Part shown: one piece after another, positions 49,930 to 60,890 of the stretch
Layout: every line of letters begins with the position of its first letter
Numbering within the stretch: the first letter of the stretch is position 1
Translations under genes and position numbers: made by a program
The notes under the pieces: generated by a model
Database searches by the model: none
The model's input: the letters and a program-made list of their open reading frames with translations, nothing else
What the model was told of the DNA's origin: nothing
NCBI GenBank assembly: GCA_963714935.1
Contig: CAVQQA010000005.1
Coordinates: 28,289-92,288, forward strand
Direction: 5' to 3'
Length of the DNA stretch: 64,000 bases
DNA from: an uncultured Actinomycetes bacterium
GTDB lineage: Bacteria; Actinomycetota; Thermoleophilia; Solirubrobacterales; Solirubrobacteraceae

Positions 49930-52327
49930 CGCCGGCGCTCCTGAGCGAGGTCGAGCAGCCCGAGGAAGCGTCTCCGAGCGGTGCACCTCGGCACGGTTCT
50001 GGACGTCGGGCACGGAGATTCGCATCGCGGGAACGTCGACATCGACGACTCCGAGCTCGTGCAGCACTCGCAGCAGGCGACCCGCTCGTCCCGGAGAGCG
50101 CGCGGCGCGCGCAGCGTCCGCAACCGCGGACGACGCGTCGCGGAGCGCGCGGTACAGCAACGCGAGATCGCTGCGCAGTCGCTGCTCATCGTCGAGAACA
50201 TCAAGAGAGAAGCGTAACTCAGGCTCTCCCCAGGCCAGGTGGGTCGCGCGCCCCTGGGGCGGCGACCGCAACAGCGAATCGAGCGCTGCGGACGGGGGCG
50301 GATCGAGCGCGACCACATTGCTGAACGCATCGGCGATCCCCGCGTCGCGCTCAAGCGCGTCCCAGGAACAGATCGCCAGCCCGCCGATGCGCCCACGCAG
50401 CGCCTCTCGGCGCGTCGTCTCGCATGCACAGGCAACGAGCACCCGCTCGCCCGAGGCGACGAGCGCCCCCAGCGTCCCGAGGAGCCCACGCCCGCGACGA
50501 TCGCGCACCGGCCCGCCGGACGCAGCCCGCGGCGGCCCCTCCGCCGGCGCCGCCGGCGCGGCGAAAGCCTCGAACTCGGCGAACATCGCAGCCGCATCGT
50601 CCTGAGGGCGCCCGGCGAACGCGATCGGGCCCGGTGCCGGCGACAGCGCCGATCGCAGCACGAGCCGGGGCTCCTCGCGCCCGTTCCAGCGATTCACCTC
50701 GAGCGCGAACGTCGCGTCGAGCGCCTCGTCGTGCCCGGACGGGAGCCGGCGAGCGACCGAATGCGACCGCAGCGGCACGAGCCCCACCCGAGTCGAGGGT
50801 GAAGCGCAGGTGCTTACCCTCCCCCATCGGGCGCGGATCGCACATCCGCCCGGCCGGTACGAGCAGCGAAACCGGCGGGTTGCCGACTGCCGAACGGCGC
50901 GAGCCGCGCGCAGCTCCTCGGCGAGCGCGAGCCCGATCTCGTCGCCCGCCACGACGGCGTCGACGCGCTCGCTCGGCACCAGATCGGCGGGCGACAGCAC
51001 GGCTGCGGCGTGCGCCGCGAAGGCATCGCGCGAACGCCTCGATCTCCGAGCGCGCGACGGTGCAGCCCGCTGCCGCCCGATGCCCGCCGTGACGCAACAG
51101 GTGCGGCGCGCAGGCGTCGAGCCCGGCGAGCAGGTCGAAGGCTGGGATCGACCGGCCGGACCCGGTGCCGGTCTCGCCGTCAAGCGCGATCAGCACCACA
51201 GGACGGTGATGGCGCTCGGCGAGCCGCGAGGCGACGATCCCGATCACGCCGGGATGCCAGCCCTCGCCGGCGAGCACGTACGCAGCGCGGTCGCCCAGCT
51301 CGCGACCATGCGCGACTCGGCTTCGAACAGGATCCGCGTCTCCACATGACGGCGTTCGCGCGTTCAGCGCGTCCAGCTCGCGCGCGATCCCCTCGGCTCG
51401 CGCCGGATCGAGCGTGAGCAGCAGCTCCACTCCGGCGTCGGCGCGCTGCAGGCGGCCCGGCGGCGTTGATCCGCGGGGCGAGCCGGAAGGCCGACGGTCT
51501 GCTCGTCGATCAGCGGCCGGATCGACCTGGGTGACGTCGCATCAGCGCCCGCAGACCCTCGCGGCGCGTGCGCGACAGCGCAGCGAGACCCTCGCGCACG
51601 AGCCGGCGGTTCTCGCCGACGCAGCGGCACGCAGTCGGCGATCGTCGCGAGCGCGACGACGTCCAGGTCGACGTCGGCGTCCGCAGGGTCGTGGCCGGCT
51701 CCGGCCAGCAGCGCCGCCGCGAGCTTGTAGGCGACACCCGCCGCGCAGAGGTCCGCGCACGGATAGCCGCAGACGCGCGGGTGGACGATCGGCGCGTCCG
51801 GCAGCACGCCGTCGGCGCGCGGCTCGTGGTGGTCGGTGACGACGCACGTCGACACCGAGCTCCGGGCGCGCGGCGACCTCGTCGACGGCGGTGATCGCGC
51901 AGTCGGCGGTGACGAGCAGCCCGGTGCCCACCGCGGCGAGCCGCTCCACGGTCGCAGGTGCTCAGGCCGTAGCCGTCGTCGGCGCGGCTCGGGCAGGAAC
52001 CAGTTGACGTCGGCGCCGAGCACCCGCAGGACGCGGACGAGGATCGCCGTCGACGCGACCCCGTCGCAGTCGTAGTCGCCGTGGACGATGATGCGCGAGC
52101 CGCGCTCGACGTGCCCGAGCACGAGAGCCACGGCCGTGTCGATCCGCTCGAAGGAGCTCGGCAGGTGCCGTTCCTCGGCGGTCATGAAGTCGCTCGCCGC
52201 GGCAGGATCGGCGAGACCGCGCCGCACGAGGACCTGGGCCATCGCGGCGCTGACGCCGAGCTCGCTCCTCGAGCCGCGCGCAGTCGGCGACGGGCGCAGC
52301 GGGTATCCGGAGGCTCGGCTCGTCCAC
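49896..52327 (-). CDS. recJ: single-stranded-DNA-specific exonuclease RecJ, many frame breaks; 3' end uncertain (49896 or 49922)
   Basis: GTG at 52327. LGVSAAMAQVLVRRGLADPAAA, IIVHGDYDCDGVASTAIL (DHH motif I-II), VVTDHHEP, VALATIADCVPL and GGHRAAAG pieces across frames. Confidence 0.85.
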
Positions 52328-52433
52328 GACCGCAACCTAGGTGGCGATCAGGACGGAACGGAAGTCCGCGCCCGCGCCGGCGGCAGACGGATGCCGTCCA
52401 TCACGTCGCCGGCGGCGGCGTCAGCGACCGCGC

Positions 52434-52706
52434 TCAGATCTCGATCGGCTCGTTGCCCGCGCGCACGCCGAGCCAGTAGGCGGCGCCGAGACCGACGAGC
52501 GCACCCGGTATCGCCTCGAGCGCCGTCATCAGCTCGATCGCCTTGTCGCCCGGGATGTCGAAGCCCGACAACGCGTAGCCGCACAACACGGCGCCGACGA
52601 GCATCAGGAGGAAGCTCCCGACGATCCCGCCCCAGAAGCGGTCCGGCAGGAAGATCGCGAAGTGCCAGATGGCGATCCCCATCATGGCCCAGGCAAGAAG
52701 CCCCAT
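52434..52706 (-). CDS. GlsB/YeaQ/YmgE-family small membrane stress protein
   Basis: Intact 90 aa, three TM helices: MGLLAWAMMGIAIWHFAIFLPDRFWGGIVGSFLLMLVGAVLCGY. Confidence 0.8.
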   Translation of the reverse strand: MGLLAWAMMGIAIWHFAIFLPDRFWGGIVGSFLLMLVGAVLCGYALSGFDIPGDKAIELMTALEAIPGALVGLGAAYWLGVRAGNEPIEI

Positions 52707-52709
52707 CGT

Positions 52710-53920
52710 CTACCGCCTCCCGTGGCGCTTGTTGCGCGGTCGCTTCGGTTTCGGCTTGGGGTCGTCCTTGAGCACGAGATCCTCCGGCCGCAGATCTGCC
52801 GCCGCGTCGCGCTTGGGCGGCGCCGGCGCCTCCTCTTCCTCGGCGGTCGCGGTGCCGGCAGGCGCGCCGTGCAGATCCCGGACCATCGCGTCGAACTCCG
52901 AGGCGCTCGACCTGCCGCTCGGGATCCTCGGGGGCGGTGAGCCGCGCGCGCGGTGCGCGCTCGGCGACGGTGACCTCCGTCGACGCCCCGCCGACCACGC
53001 TGGCGTAGGCCGGGACCTTGCCGTCCTCGGCGGCGTCGACGACGCGGCGGCGGCGTGCGCGCCATGTTCCGGCTCGCCCTCCTTCCAGTGCATCAGCACC
53101 GGCGAGGCGATGAAGATCGACGAGTAGGCGCCCGAGATGACGCCGACCGCGAGCGCGAAGGCGAAGTCCTTCAGCGTCTCGCCGCCGAAGATCAGCAGCG
53201 CGAGGATCGGCAGCAGCGTCGACAGCGACGTCGCCAGCGAGCGCATCGAGGACCTCGCTCATCGAGCGGTTGACGATCTGCGAGAACGTCGCTCGCGGCA
53301 TCCGCGGGATGTTCTCCCGGACGCGGTCGAACACGATGATCGTGTCGTACAGCGAATAGCCGAGGATCGTGAGCAGAGCCGCGACCGTCGCGGTCGTCAC
53401 CTCGAACCCGAAGAGCGCGTAGACGCCGGCCGTGATCAGCAGGTCGTGCACCAGCGCGATCAGCACGGGCACCGCGTATTTCCACTCGAAGCGCAGCGCT
53501 ATGTAGCTGCTGATCACGATCAGCGAGGCGATGATCGCGATGATCGCGCTGTTGGCGACGGTGTTGCCGAACGTCGGCCCGATCGTCTGGAAGCTGTAGT
53601 CGCCGCCGCCGAAGGCCTTGTCAAGCGTCGCCTCGGCTCGGTTGCGCTCGCCGGAGGTCAGCGTGTCCGTCGAGATCTGGAAGGCCTGACCGCTCTTGAA
53701 CTCGCCGCCGCTGATCCGCTGGATCTTCGCCTTGCCGAGCCCGATCGGGCGAGCGCGTCGCGGACCTCGCCCTCGTCGCGTCTTCTGGTTCAGCTCGGCG
53801 ACGACCCGCGTGCCGGACGTGAAGTCGATGCCCGAGGTTCAGGCCCTTGCCGCCGACGGCGAGCGCGCCGATCAGCAGGATCACGCCGGACAGCGCGAAG
53901 AAGTACTTCGAACGGCCCAT
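52710..53920 (-). CDS. secF: protein translocase subunit SecF (possibly the C-terminal half of a SecDF fusion), several frame breaks
   Basis: MGRSKYFFALSGVILLIGALAVGGKGLNLG, IALRFEWKYAVPVLIALVHDLLITAGVYALFGFEVT, GYSLYDTIIVFDRVREN and the basic tail ..KPKPKRPRNKRHGRR*. Confidence 0.85.
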
Positions 53921-55624
53921 GTAGTCCCAGCGGAAGCGCTGACGGGTCGAGCCGCGCGCCCAGCGCCGACGGGTGCGACATCATCCGCGAGCGCCCGACC
54001 ACGCCGAGCACGGCCTGCGTCAGCAGCACCGCCGTCATGAACGAGACGAGCGTGCCGACGCCGAGCGTGAACGCGAAGCCCTTGACGCCCGAGGTCGCGA
54101 GCACGAACAGGATGAACGCGACCATGAACGTCACGACGTTCGCGTCGATGATCGCCGTCAGGCCCTTCTTGTAGCCCTGGGAGATCGCGACGGGAATCGA
54201 CCTGCCCGGCCCGGACCTCCTCCTTGACGCGTTCGAAGATGACGATGTTCGCGTCAGCGGCGACGCCGATCGTCAGGATCAGGCCCGCGATGCCCGGAAG
54301 CGTCAGCGTGATCGGGATCAGCTTGACGAGCGCGAACATGAACAGCGTGTAGACGCCGAGCGCGCCGACCGCGATCACGCCGAGGACGCGGTAGAAGACG
54401 AGCAGGAAGAGCGACGACGAGCAGCGAGCCCGGCGAGACCCGCGATGAGACCCTGGTTGAGCGCCTGCTTGCCGAGCGTCGCGGAGACCTGCGCTCGCGG
54501 AGATCAGGTCGAGTTCGAGCGGCAGGGCGCCGGTCTTCAGGAGGTTCGCGAGGTTCTGCGCGGACTTGATCGTGAAGCCGCCAGAGATCTGCGAGCCGTT
54601 GACGGGGTCGATGCCGTCGGGGTTCTGGTTGAAGTCGATGAACGGCGCGCTGATGATCTCGTTGTCCAGCACGATCGCGAAGTGCTGGAACGCCTGGCGG
54701 GCATCGCCGCCGAAGTTGTTCTCGGTTCCGCGCTGGGCGATCTCCCGGGTGGTCTCCTCCCACGCCTTGCGGCCCTTGCCCGTGAAGTCGAACGTGACGT
54801 TCGGCCCGCCGCCGCCGCCCGGTCCCTGGTCGAAGTTCTGCTCGGGGTTCTTGATGTCAGTGCCACCGAGCGCGGGCTGGTCGCGCAGCACGTAGTAGGC
54901 GTCGGCATCGCTCGTGTCGCTGCCTGACTGCTCGGCCTTGACGACGAGCGTGCCGGACGGAACCTTCACGACCTTCGTCTTGTCGGACTCGCGGATCTTC
55001 TTGTCCTCGATCTCCGACGACAGGTCGGCGCGGTTCTCCTGCGGGCCCGCGAGGACCTCCTCGTTGTCAGTGTCCACGCAGGTAGTAGAGACCGTTCGTG
55101 GTCTCCTTGCCGGTGTTGGTGGCCTTGCAGTTGGACGCGCGCAGCACCGCCTCGTACTGGGTCAGGGCGCCCACACCCGAGCCCGCCTGCTGACCACCGG
55201 TTATGGCGACCGCATCGGCCTGCGTCAGGTTCGTCTGATCTGCGGGCCGGCAACCCGGGCCGAGGACGTTCGGCTCCCAGTCGTAGAAGTACATCTGCGC
55301 CGTCTTGCCGACCTGATCGGCGGCCTGGTCGGCGTTGCTCACGTCCGGCAGCGCGACGTCGATCTGGTCCTCGCCGGTGCGCTGGATCTCGGGCTCCGCG
55401 ACGCCGAACTTGTCGACGCGCTCGCGCATGATCTCGATCGTGCGGTCGATCGCCTCGCCCGTGACCTTGGTCTGCTTGGTCGGCTTGGCCTGGTAGACCA
55501 GCGACGCGCCTCCCTGGAGATCGAGTCCGAGCTTCGTCGGCTTGGTGGCGACCAGGGCGAGCGCGCCGGCGATCAGGCCGGCGACGAACAGCAGGATGAA
55601 GATGTTGCGGCGGCGGTCGGTCAT
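53921..55624 (-). CDS. secD: protein translocase subunit SecD, several frame breaks; no in-frame stop seen before the SecF part
   Basis: MTDRRRNIFILLFVAGLIAGALAL..LGLDLQGGASLVYQA, the periplasmic P1 domain, PGIAGLILTIGVAADANIVIFERVKEE and GVKGFAFTLGVGTLVSFMTAVLLTQAVL. Confidence 0.85.
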
Positions 55625-55633
55625 CGGGCGGGG

Positions 55634-56083
55634 CTACTTCTCCGGGGTGAGAACGAGGAGCAGGCCCCCGTCGTCGTCGTAGGCAGGAAAGAGATCGGCG
55701 GTGGCACGCGCCGGCAGGTCGCCCTCGGCGTTCACCTCGACGGGCTTGGCCAGCGCGCGCACCCCCCATTCCAGCACGGTCCCGACCGGATCGTCGCCGT
55801 TGTTGAAGTCGAGACCGAGGACATCGCTGACCGGACGACCGATCACGCGCTCGTCCGCGAGCCCGGTCAGCTCGAAGGCGCCGCGACCGCAGGCGATCAC
55901 GCGGGCCTGCTGGTCGCAGACGAAGAACGCGGCGTCGGGGGCCGGGTAGTAGTCGTCGAGCAGCTCGAACACGAAGCCGAAGCCGCACTTCGAACAGCCT
56001 GCGGGGGCTTCTCGGAAGCCCGCGTTGCGATCGGTGGCGGCTGTACGCGTGCCGCAGCTCGGGCAGATGAAGTGATGGGGCAT
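55634..56083 (-). CDS. small cytoplasmic protein: N-terminal CxxC..CxxC zinc ribbon plus a PAS-like domain (function unknown)
   Basis: Intact 149 aa: HHFICPSCGTRT..GCSKCGFGF, then AAFFVCDQQARVIACGRGAFELTGLADERVIGRPVSDVL. It lies between ruvB and secD, where yajC usually sits. Confidence 0.5.
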   Translation of the reverse strand: MPHHFICPSCGTRTAATDRNAGFREAPAGCSKCGFGFVFELLDDYYPAPDAAFFVCDQQARVIACGRGAFELTGLADERVIGRPVSDVLGLDFNNGDDPVGTVLEWGVRALAKPVEVNAEGDLPARATADLFPAYDDDGGLLLVLTPEK

Positions 56084-56162
56084 GGCGCTAGCGGCGAAAG
56101 GTTAGGGGTCGGATCTAAAGCGCGGCCTACGAGACGGCTGTCGCCGAGCGGCCGACGGCCAT

Positions 56163-57184
56163 TCAGAACAGCGCCGCGTCACGCGGCGGCTCCAGCCCCA
56201 GGTGCTCGTACGCGCGGGCGGTCGCGGCGCGCCCGCGCGGCGTACGCTGGAGCAGGCCGCGCTGCAGCAGGTAGGGCTCGTAGACGTCCTCGATGGTGTC
56301 TGCCTCCTCGCCGACGGTGATCGCGAGCGTCGTGAGTCCCACGGGACTGCCCCGGAATGCAGTGCACAGCGCCGACAGAATGTCGCGGTCGAGCCTGTCG
56401 AGACCGAGCTCGTCCGACCTCCAGCAGCGTGAGCGCGTCGTCGGCCGCCTGCTCGGTCACGACACCGTCTCCCCTGACCTCCGCCCAGTCGCGCACGCGC
56501 CGCAGCAGCCGGTTGGCGACCCGCGGGGTGCCACGGCTGCGCGCAGCGATCGCGAGCGCGCCCCGGTCGTCGAGGGTCACGTCGAGTATCTGCGCCGAGC
56601 GCCGGACGATGCGTGCCAGCTGATCGGGCGAGTACGGCTCGAGCCGATGCTGGATCCCGAAGCGGTCGCGCAGCGGGGTCGACAGCAGACCCGCGCGCGT
56701 CGTGGCGCCGACGAGGGTGAACGGAGGCAGCTCGAGCGTGACGATGCGCGCGCCCGCTCCCTGCCCGATCGTGATCGGCAGGCGCCGGTCCTCCATCGCT
56801 GGGTAGAAGGTCTCCTCGAGCGCCCGGTTGAGCCGGTGGATCTCGTCGACGAAGAAGATCGCACCCGGCTCCAGCGCCGTCAGCAGGGCGGCGATGTCGC
56901 CCTTGCGCTCCAGCGCCGGCCCGGCGGTCTGAACGAACGGCGCGCCGAGCTCGCCGGCGACGATCTGGGCGAGCGAGGTCTTGCCGAGGCCCGGCGGCCC
57001 GGCGAGCAGGACGTGGTCGAGCGGCTCGCCGCGGGCCGCCGCCGCCTGGAGCGACACCCCCAGCTGCTCACGAACGGCCTCCTGGCCGACGAAGTCCTCA
57101 AGCGTCCGGGGCCGCAGCGAGCGCTCGAGGTCGTCCTCCCCGGCAAGCGCAGCCGGGAGTCTGGATGCGCGGCTCGTCGGTCAT
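56163..57184 (-). CDS. ruvB: Holliday junction branch-migration helicase RuvB, frame breaks near both ends
   Basis: The ATG at 57184 overlaps the ruvA stop (ATGA). [29 protein letters not shown] (Walker A), [10 protein letters not shown] and [21 protein letters not shown]. The C-terminus ..[12 protein letters not shown] is read in another frame. Confidence 0.9.
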
Positions 57185-57765
57185 CTGCGCGCCGCCCGCA
57201 GGGCACTCTGAAGCAGATCCTCGGGGGTGTCGCCCTCAGCCTGCGACAGAAGACCATCCGCCTCCGATGGCGGGAAGCCGAGCTCGAGCAGCCCCTCGCG
57301 CGCGAGCCTGCGCGGGTCGTCGCCGCGGGTGACGACGAACGCGGGCTCGGCGCCGGCCTCCGGCACCACCTTCTCGCGCAGTTCGACCACGATGCGCTCG
57401 GCGGTCCGCTTGCCGACTCCCGGAACCGCCTGCAGGCGGGCGGCGTCACCGGCGGCCAGCGCGCCGACGAGCTCGCGCGGCGGTCCTCCGCTGAGCACGC
57501 CGAGCGCAACCTTCGGCCCGACGCCCTGAACGCCCAGCAGAAGAAGGAACAGGTCACGCTCCTCCTCGGTCGCGAACGCGTATAGCTGGAGCGCGTCGTC
57601 ACGCACGACGAGGTGCGTGTGGAGCGACACCGGCCGGCCGACCGCGGGAACCTGGCGCAGCGTCTCTGCGGAGACCGCGAGCCGGTACCCGACTCCGCCG
57701 GACGTCTCGACGACGACGTGGTCGGCCCGCCGCACGGCGACGTCGCCCGCGATCAGCGCGATCAT
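57181..57765 (-). CDS. ruvA: Holliday junction DNA-binding protein RuvA
   Basis: The ATG at 57765 overlaps the ruvC stop. MIALIAGDV..VETSGGVGYRL..LLLGVQGVGPKVALGVLS..LQAVPGVGKRTAERIVVEL. Intact 194 aa. Confidence 0.9.
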   Translation of the reverse strand: MIALIAGDVAVRRADHVVVETSGGVGYRLAVSAETLRQVPAVGRPVSLHTHLVVRDDALQLYAFATEEERDLFLLLLGVQGVGPKVALGVLSGGPPRELVGALAAGDAARLQAVPGVGKRTAERIVVELREKVVPEAGAEPAFVVTRGDDPRRLAREGLLELGFPPSEADGLLSQAEGDTPEDLLQSALRAARR

Positions 57766-58271
57766 GACGTCGCCACCAGGTCGCGGCGGGCGGCGTCGTT
57801 CAGAGGCGCATGGTTGGCGTGGCAGATGGCCACGGCGAGCGCATCGGCCGCGTGGTCGGCAAGCGGCTCGGGCGGCAGCGACAGCAGCGCCTGCACCATC
57901 CGGGTCACCTGGTCCTTGGCGGCGCGGCCGCTGCCGCAGACCGCTCCCTTGACCTGCTGAGGCGTGTAGTCGTGACAGGCGACGCCGCTGGCGCCGGCGG
58001 CGGCGAGCACGACGCCGCGCGCCTGGCCGACCGCGAACGCGGTTCGCACGTTCTGCCCGAAGTAGAGCGCCTCGAGAGCGACCGCGTCGGCCCCATGTGC
58101 GCCGATCAGCTCCGCGACGCGCTGCTGGATGTCGGCAAGGCGCAGCTCGGGCGCCACACCGGCGCTGGTACGGATCACGCCGCCGTCGAGCGCAACCAGC
58201 CGGCCGGGGCTGCGCCGAACCACCCCGAATCCGAGGTTGGCGAGCCCGGGATCGATGCCGAGAACGATCAC
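57762..58271 (-). CDS. ruvC: crossover junction endodeoxyribonuclease RuvC
   Basis: GTG at 58271 (VIVLGIDPGLANLGFGVV). Also EALYFGQNVRTA and DHAADALAVAICH. The longer ORF to 58442 is a run-on. Confidence 0.9.
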   Translation of the reverse strand: MIVLGIDPGLANLGFGVVRRSPGRLVALDGGVIRTSAGVAPELRLADIQQRVAELIGAHGADAVALEALYFGQNVRTAFAVGQARGVVLAAAGASGVACHDYTPQQVKGAVCGSGRAAKDQVTRMVQALLSLPPEPLADHAADALAVAICHANHAPLNDAARRDLVATS

Positions 58272-58412
58272 GGGAAGTGATTCTCCGCGTCGGCCCGGAT
58301 GCCTCCGCGGCGCGGGCGAACCGCCCAAGCGCCGCCGCCGGCGCTGAGGCGCCGGATAGTCCATCCGTCCAGCACGCGATCCGCGCGCGCATGCGACGCC
58401 GATATCACGCAG

Positions 58413-59600
58413 GTGCTCCGCAGATCGGAAGCCAAGAACCATGCGCTACGCGGGGAAGTCGCCGAGGCACAGGAACGCGTACGCGAGCTGGAAGCTCAAC
58501 TCGAGGAGCGTCGCACGCGCGACCCCAGGACCAGGCTGCTGGCATTGGACCCGTTCCTGGTGTCCGCCGAGGTCGCCCTTCGCGCCGCTGAGGCCGCATC
58601 GCAGCCTGTCGCAGCGATCGTCATCGACATCGACGGGTTCCGCGAGCTCAACGCACGGCTCGGGTCCAGGGCCGGCGACGCGGCGCTCGCCGGCATCGCC
58701 TCCCACCTTCGCCGTCTGACGCGCAGCAGCGACGTTCTCGGTCGCTCGGGCGCAGACGAGATAACGATCGTCATGCCGGGAACCGACGTGCCGGGCGCGC
58801 AGCGGTGCTGCGACCGCCTGATCGGCGAGCTCGACGAGACCGCACTTCCGGAGGCCGGTCACATCTCGGTGTCGGCCGGCATCTCGCTTCACCTCACCGG
58901 GGGCAGCCTCGGAGACCTCCTGAGCGCCGCACACGCAGGACTCGACCGTGCCCGCGCGCTCGGCGGGTCACGCGCCGCGATACGCATCAAGGACGGCTCG
59001 ATCGACCTGACGACGCCCGCGCAGGAGGCCGTCGTCGAGGCGCTGGCGACGACGCTCCTGGAGCGCGACCGCTACACGGGCGAGCACTCGGAGTCGGTCG
59101 TGGAGCTTGCCCGCGGCGTTGCGCGGCAGCTCGGGCTGCCCGAGCCCGAGATCGAGATCATCGCCGCCGCCGCGCTGCTGCACGACATCGGCAAGGTGGC
59201 GATCCCCGATGCCGTGCTGCACAAGCCGGCATCACTCGATGCGGCCGAGTGGGCTCTCATGGTGGAGCACCCCGTGATCGGCGAGCGCATTCTCGACGCC
59301 GTTCCCGGAATGTCGTCGATCGCGAAGATCGTCCGCCACGAGCACGAGCACTGGAACGGCGCGGGATACCCGGACAACCTCGTCGGCCAGGAGATCCCGA
59401 TCGGCAGCAGGATCATCCTGGCCTGCGACACGTACAGCGCGATCACCACCGACCGGCCGTATCGATCAGCCCGCTCCCACAGCGACGCGATCGCCGAGCT
59501 GACCCGCTGCGCGGGTACCCAGTTCGACCCCAGCGTGACCGAGGCATTGATCGGATGCCTCTACTGGCGCCGGCAGACAGGGCGCCAGAGCGCCGCTTGA
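58413..59600 (+). CDS. coiled-coil / degenerate GGDEF (GADEI, RxxD I-site kept) / HD-GYP signalling protein, paralog 1 (start GTG 58413 chosen by alignment to paralog 2; the ORF opens at 58299)
   Basis: IDIDGFRELNARLG..RSSDVLGRSGADEITIVMPG, then LLHDIGKVAIPD..VRHEHEHWNGAGYPD. Confidence 0.8.
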   Translation: MLRRSEAKNHALRGEVAEAQERVRELEAQLEERRTRDPRTRLLALDPFLVSAEVALRAAEAASQPVAAIVIDIDGFRELNARLGSRAGDAALAGIASHLRRLTRSSDVLGRSGADEITIVMPGTDVPGAQRCCDRLIGELDETALPEAGHISVSAGISLHLTGGSLGDLLSAAHAGLDRARALGGSRAAIRIKDGSIDLTTPAQEAVVEALATTLLERDRYTGEHSESVVELARGVARQLGLPEPEIEIIAAAALLHDIGKVAIPDAVLHKPASLDAAEWALMVEHPVIGERILDAVPGMSSIAKIVRHEHEHWNGAGYPDNLVGQEIPIGSRIILACDTYSAITTDRPYRSARSHSDAIAELTRCAGTQFDPSVTEALIGCLYWRRQTGRQSAA

Positions 59601-59692
59601 CGCGGCCTCGCGACCGCCCGTCGCAACAACCGTTGCGCGCCGCTTCGTCCATGCGTCCAATCTGAGCCATTCGGCTCAGACGGCGACCGATA

Positions 59693-60886
59693 GTGAGTCA
59701 CATGCTCAGTCACGGCGCCGAACGTCAGGCACTACGCGGTCAGCTCGCCGAGGCGCAGGATCGCCTCCGGACCCTCGAAGCCAAGCTCAAGGAACGCAGA
59801 ACCCACGACCCGCGAACGCACCTGCTGGTACTCGACGCGTTCCTCGAGTCGGCCGAGCTGAAGCTGCGCGCCTGCGAACGCGACGGCAGCCCGTTCAGCG
59901 CCGCCGTCATCGACATCGACGGGTTTCGCGAGCTCAACGCCCGCCGCGGCCGCGGAGCCGGTGACGCGGCGCTGGTCGGGATCGCCGCGCGCCTGCGACG
60001 ACTGACCCGTTCGAACGACGTTCTGGGCCGCTCGGGCGCCGACGAGATCACCGTCGTGATGCCGGCGACGACCCTCGATGGAGCTCAGGCCTGCTGCGAC
60101 CGGCTGATCCGCGAACTTGAGATCGGTGATCTCCCGGGTGCCGGCGTTGTCTCCGTCTCGGCCGGCGTGTCGATACACGTCAACGGCCAGACGCTTGGTG
60201 ACGTGCTCGCGATGGCGCAGGCCGGGCTGGACCGGGCCCGCGCGCTGGGCGGCGGACGCAGCGCGATCAGGATCGACGACGGCACGACCGTCACGACCAG
60301 CCCCGCGCAGGCCGCCGTCGTCGACGCGCTGGCGGGCACGCTGCTCGCCCGCGACCGCGTCTCGGGCGAGAGTTCGGAGTCCGTCGTGGAGCTCGCGCGC
60401 AACGTGGGTCAGCAGCTCGGCATGAGTCCCCGCGAGGTCGAGACGATCGCCGCGGCTGCCCACCTGCACGACATCGGCAAGGTCGCGATCCCCGACCGCG
60501 TCCTGAACAAGCCCGGACCGCTCGACGACACCGAGTGGCAGCTGATACGCGAGCATCCCGTGATCGGCGAGCGCATCCTGCGGGCGATCCCGGGCATGGC
60601 GCCCGTGGCGCGGATCGTGCGTCACGAGCACGAGCACTGGAACGGAGCGGGCTACCCCGACAACCTGCTCGGCGACCAGATCCCGCTCGGCAGCAGGATC
60701 ATCCTCGCCTGCGACGCCTACAGCGCGATGACGACCGCGCGCCCGTACCGCGAGGCCCGCGAGCACGGCGCCGCAATCGCCGAGCTGTCGCGCTGCGCGG
60801 GAACGCAGTTCGACCCGAAGGTGACCGAGGCGCTGATCGGCAGCCTGTACTGGCGCCGCCAGACCGGTCAGGTCGCGCAGGGCTGA
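59693..60886 (+). CDS. coiled-coil / degenerate GGDEF / HD-GYP signalling protein, paralog 2
   Basis: It has the same architecture and is collinear with 58413-59600 (roughly 70% identity by eye): RSNDVLGRSGADEITVVMPA, HLHDIGKVAIPD and HEHEHWNGAGYPD. Confidence 0.8.
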   Translation: MSHMLSHGAERQALRGQLAEAQDRLRTLEAKLKERRTHDPRTHLLVLDAFLESAELKLRACERDGSPFSAAVIDIDGFRELNARRGRGAGDAALVGIAARLRRLTRSNDVLGRSGADEITVVMPATTLDGAQACCDRLIRELEIGDLPGAGVVSVSAGVSIHVNGQTLGDVLAMAQAGLDRARALGGGRSAIRIDDGTTVTTSPAQAAVVDALAGTLLARDRVSGESSESVVELARNVGQQLGMSPREVETIAAAAHLHDIGKVAIPDRVLNKPGPLDDTEWQLIREHPVIGERILRAIPGMAPVARIVRHEHEHWNGAGYPDNLLGDQIPLGSRIILACDAYSAMTTARPYREAREHGAAIAELSRCAGTQFDPKVTEALIGSLYWRRQTGQVAQG

Positions 60887-60890
60887 CGCT

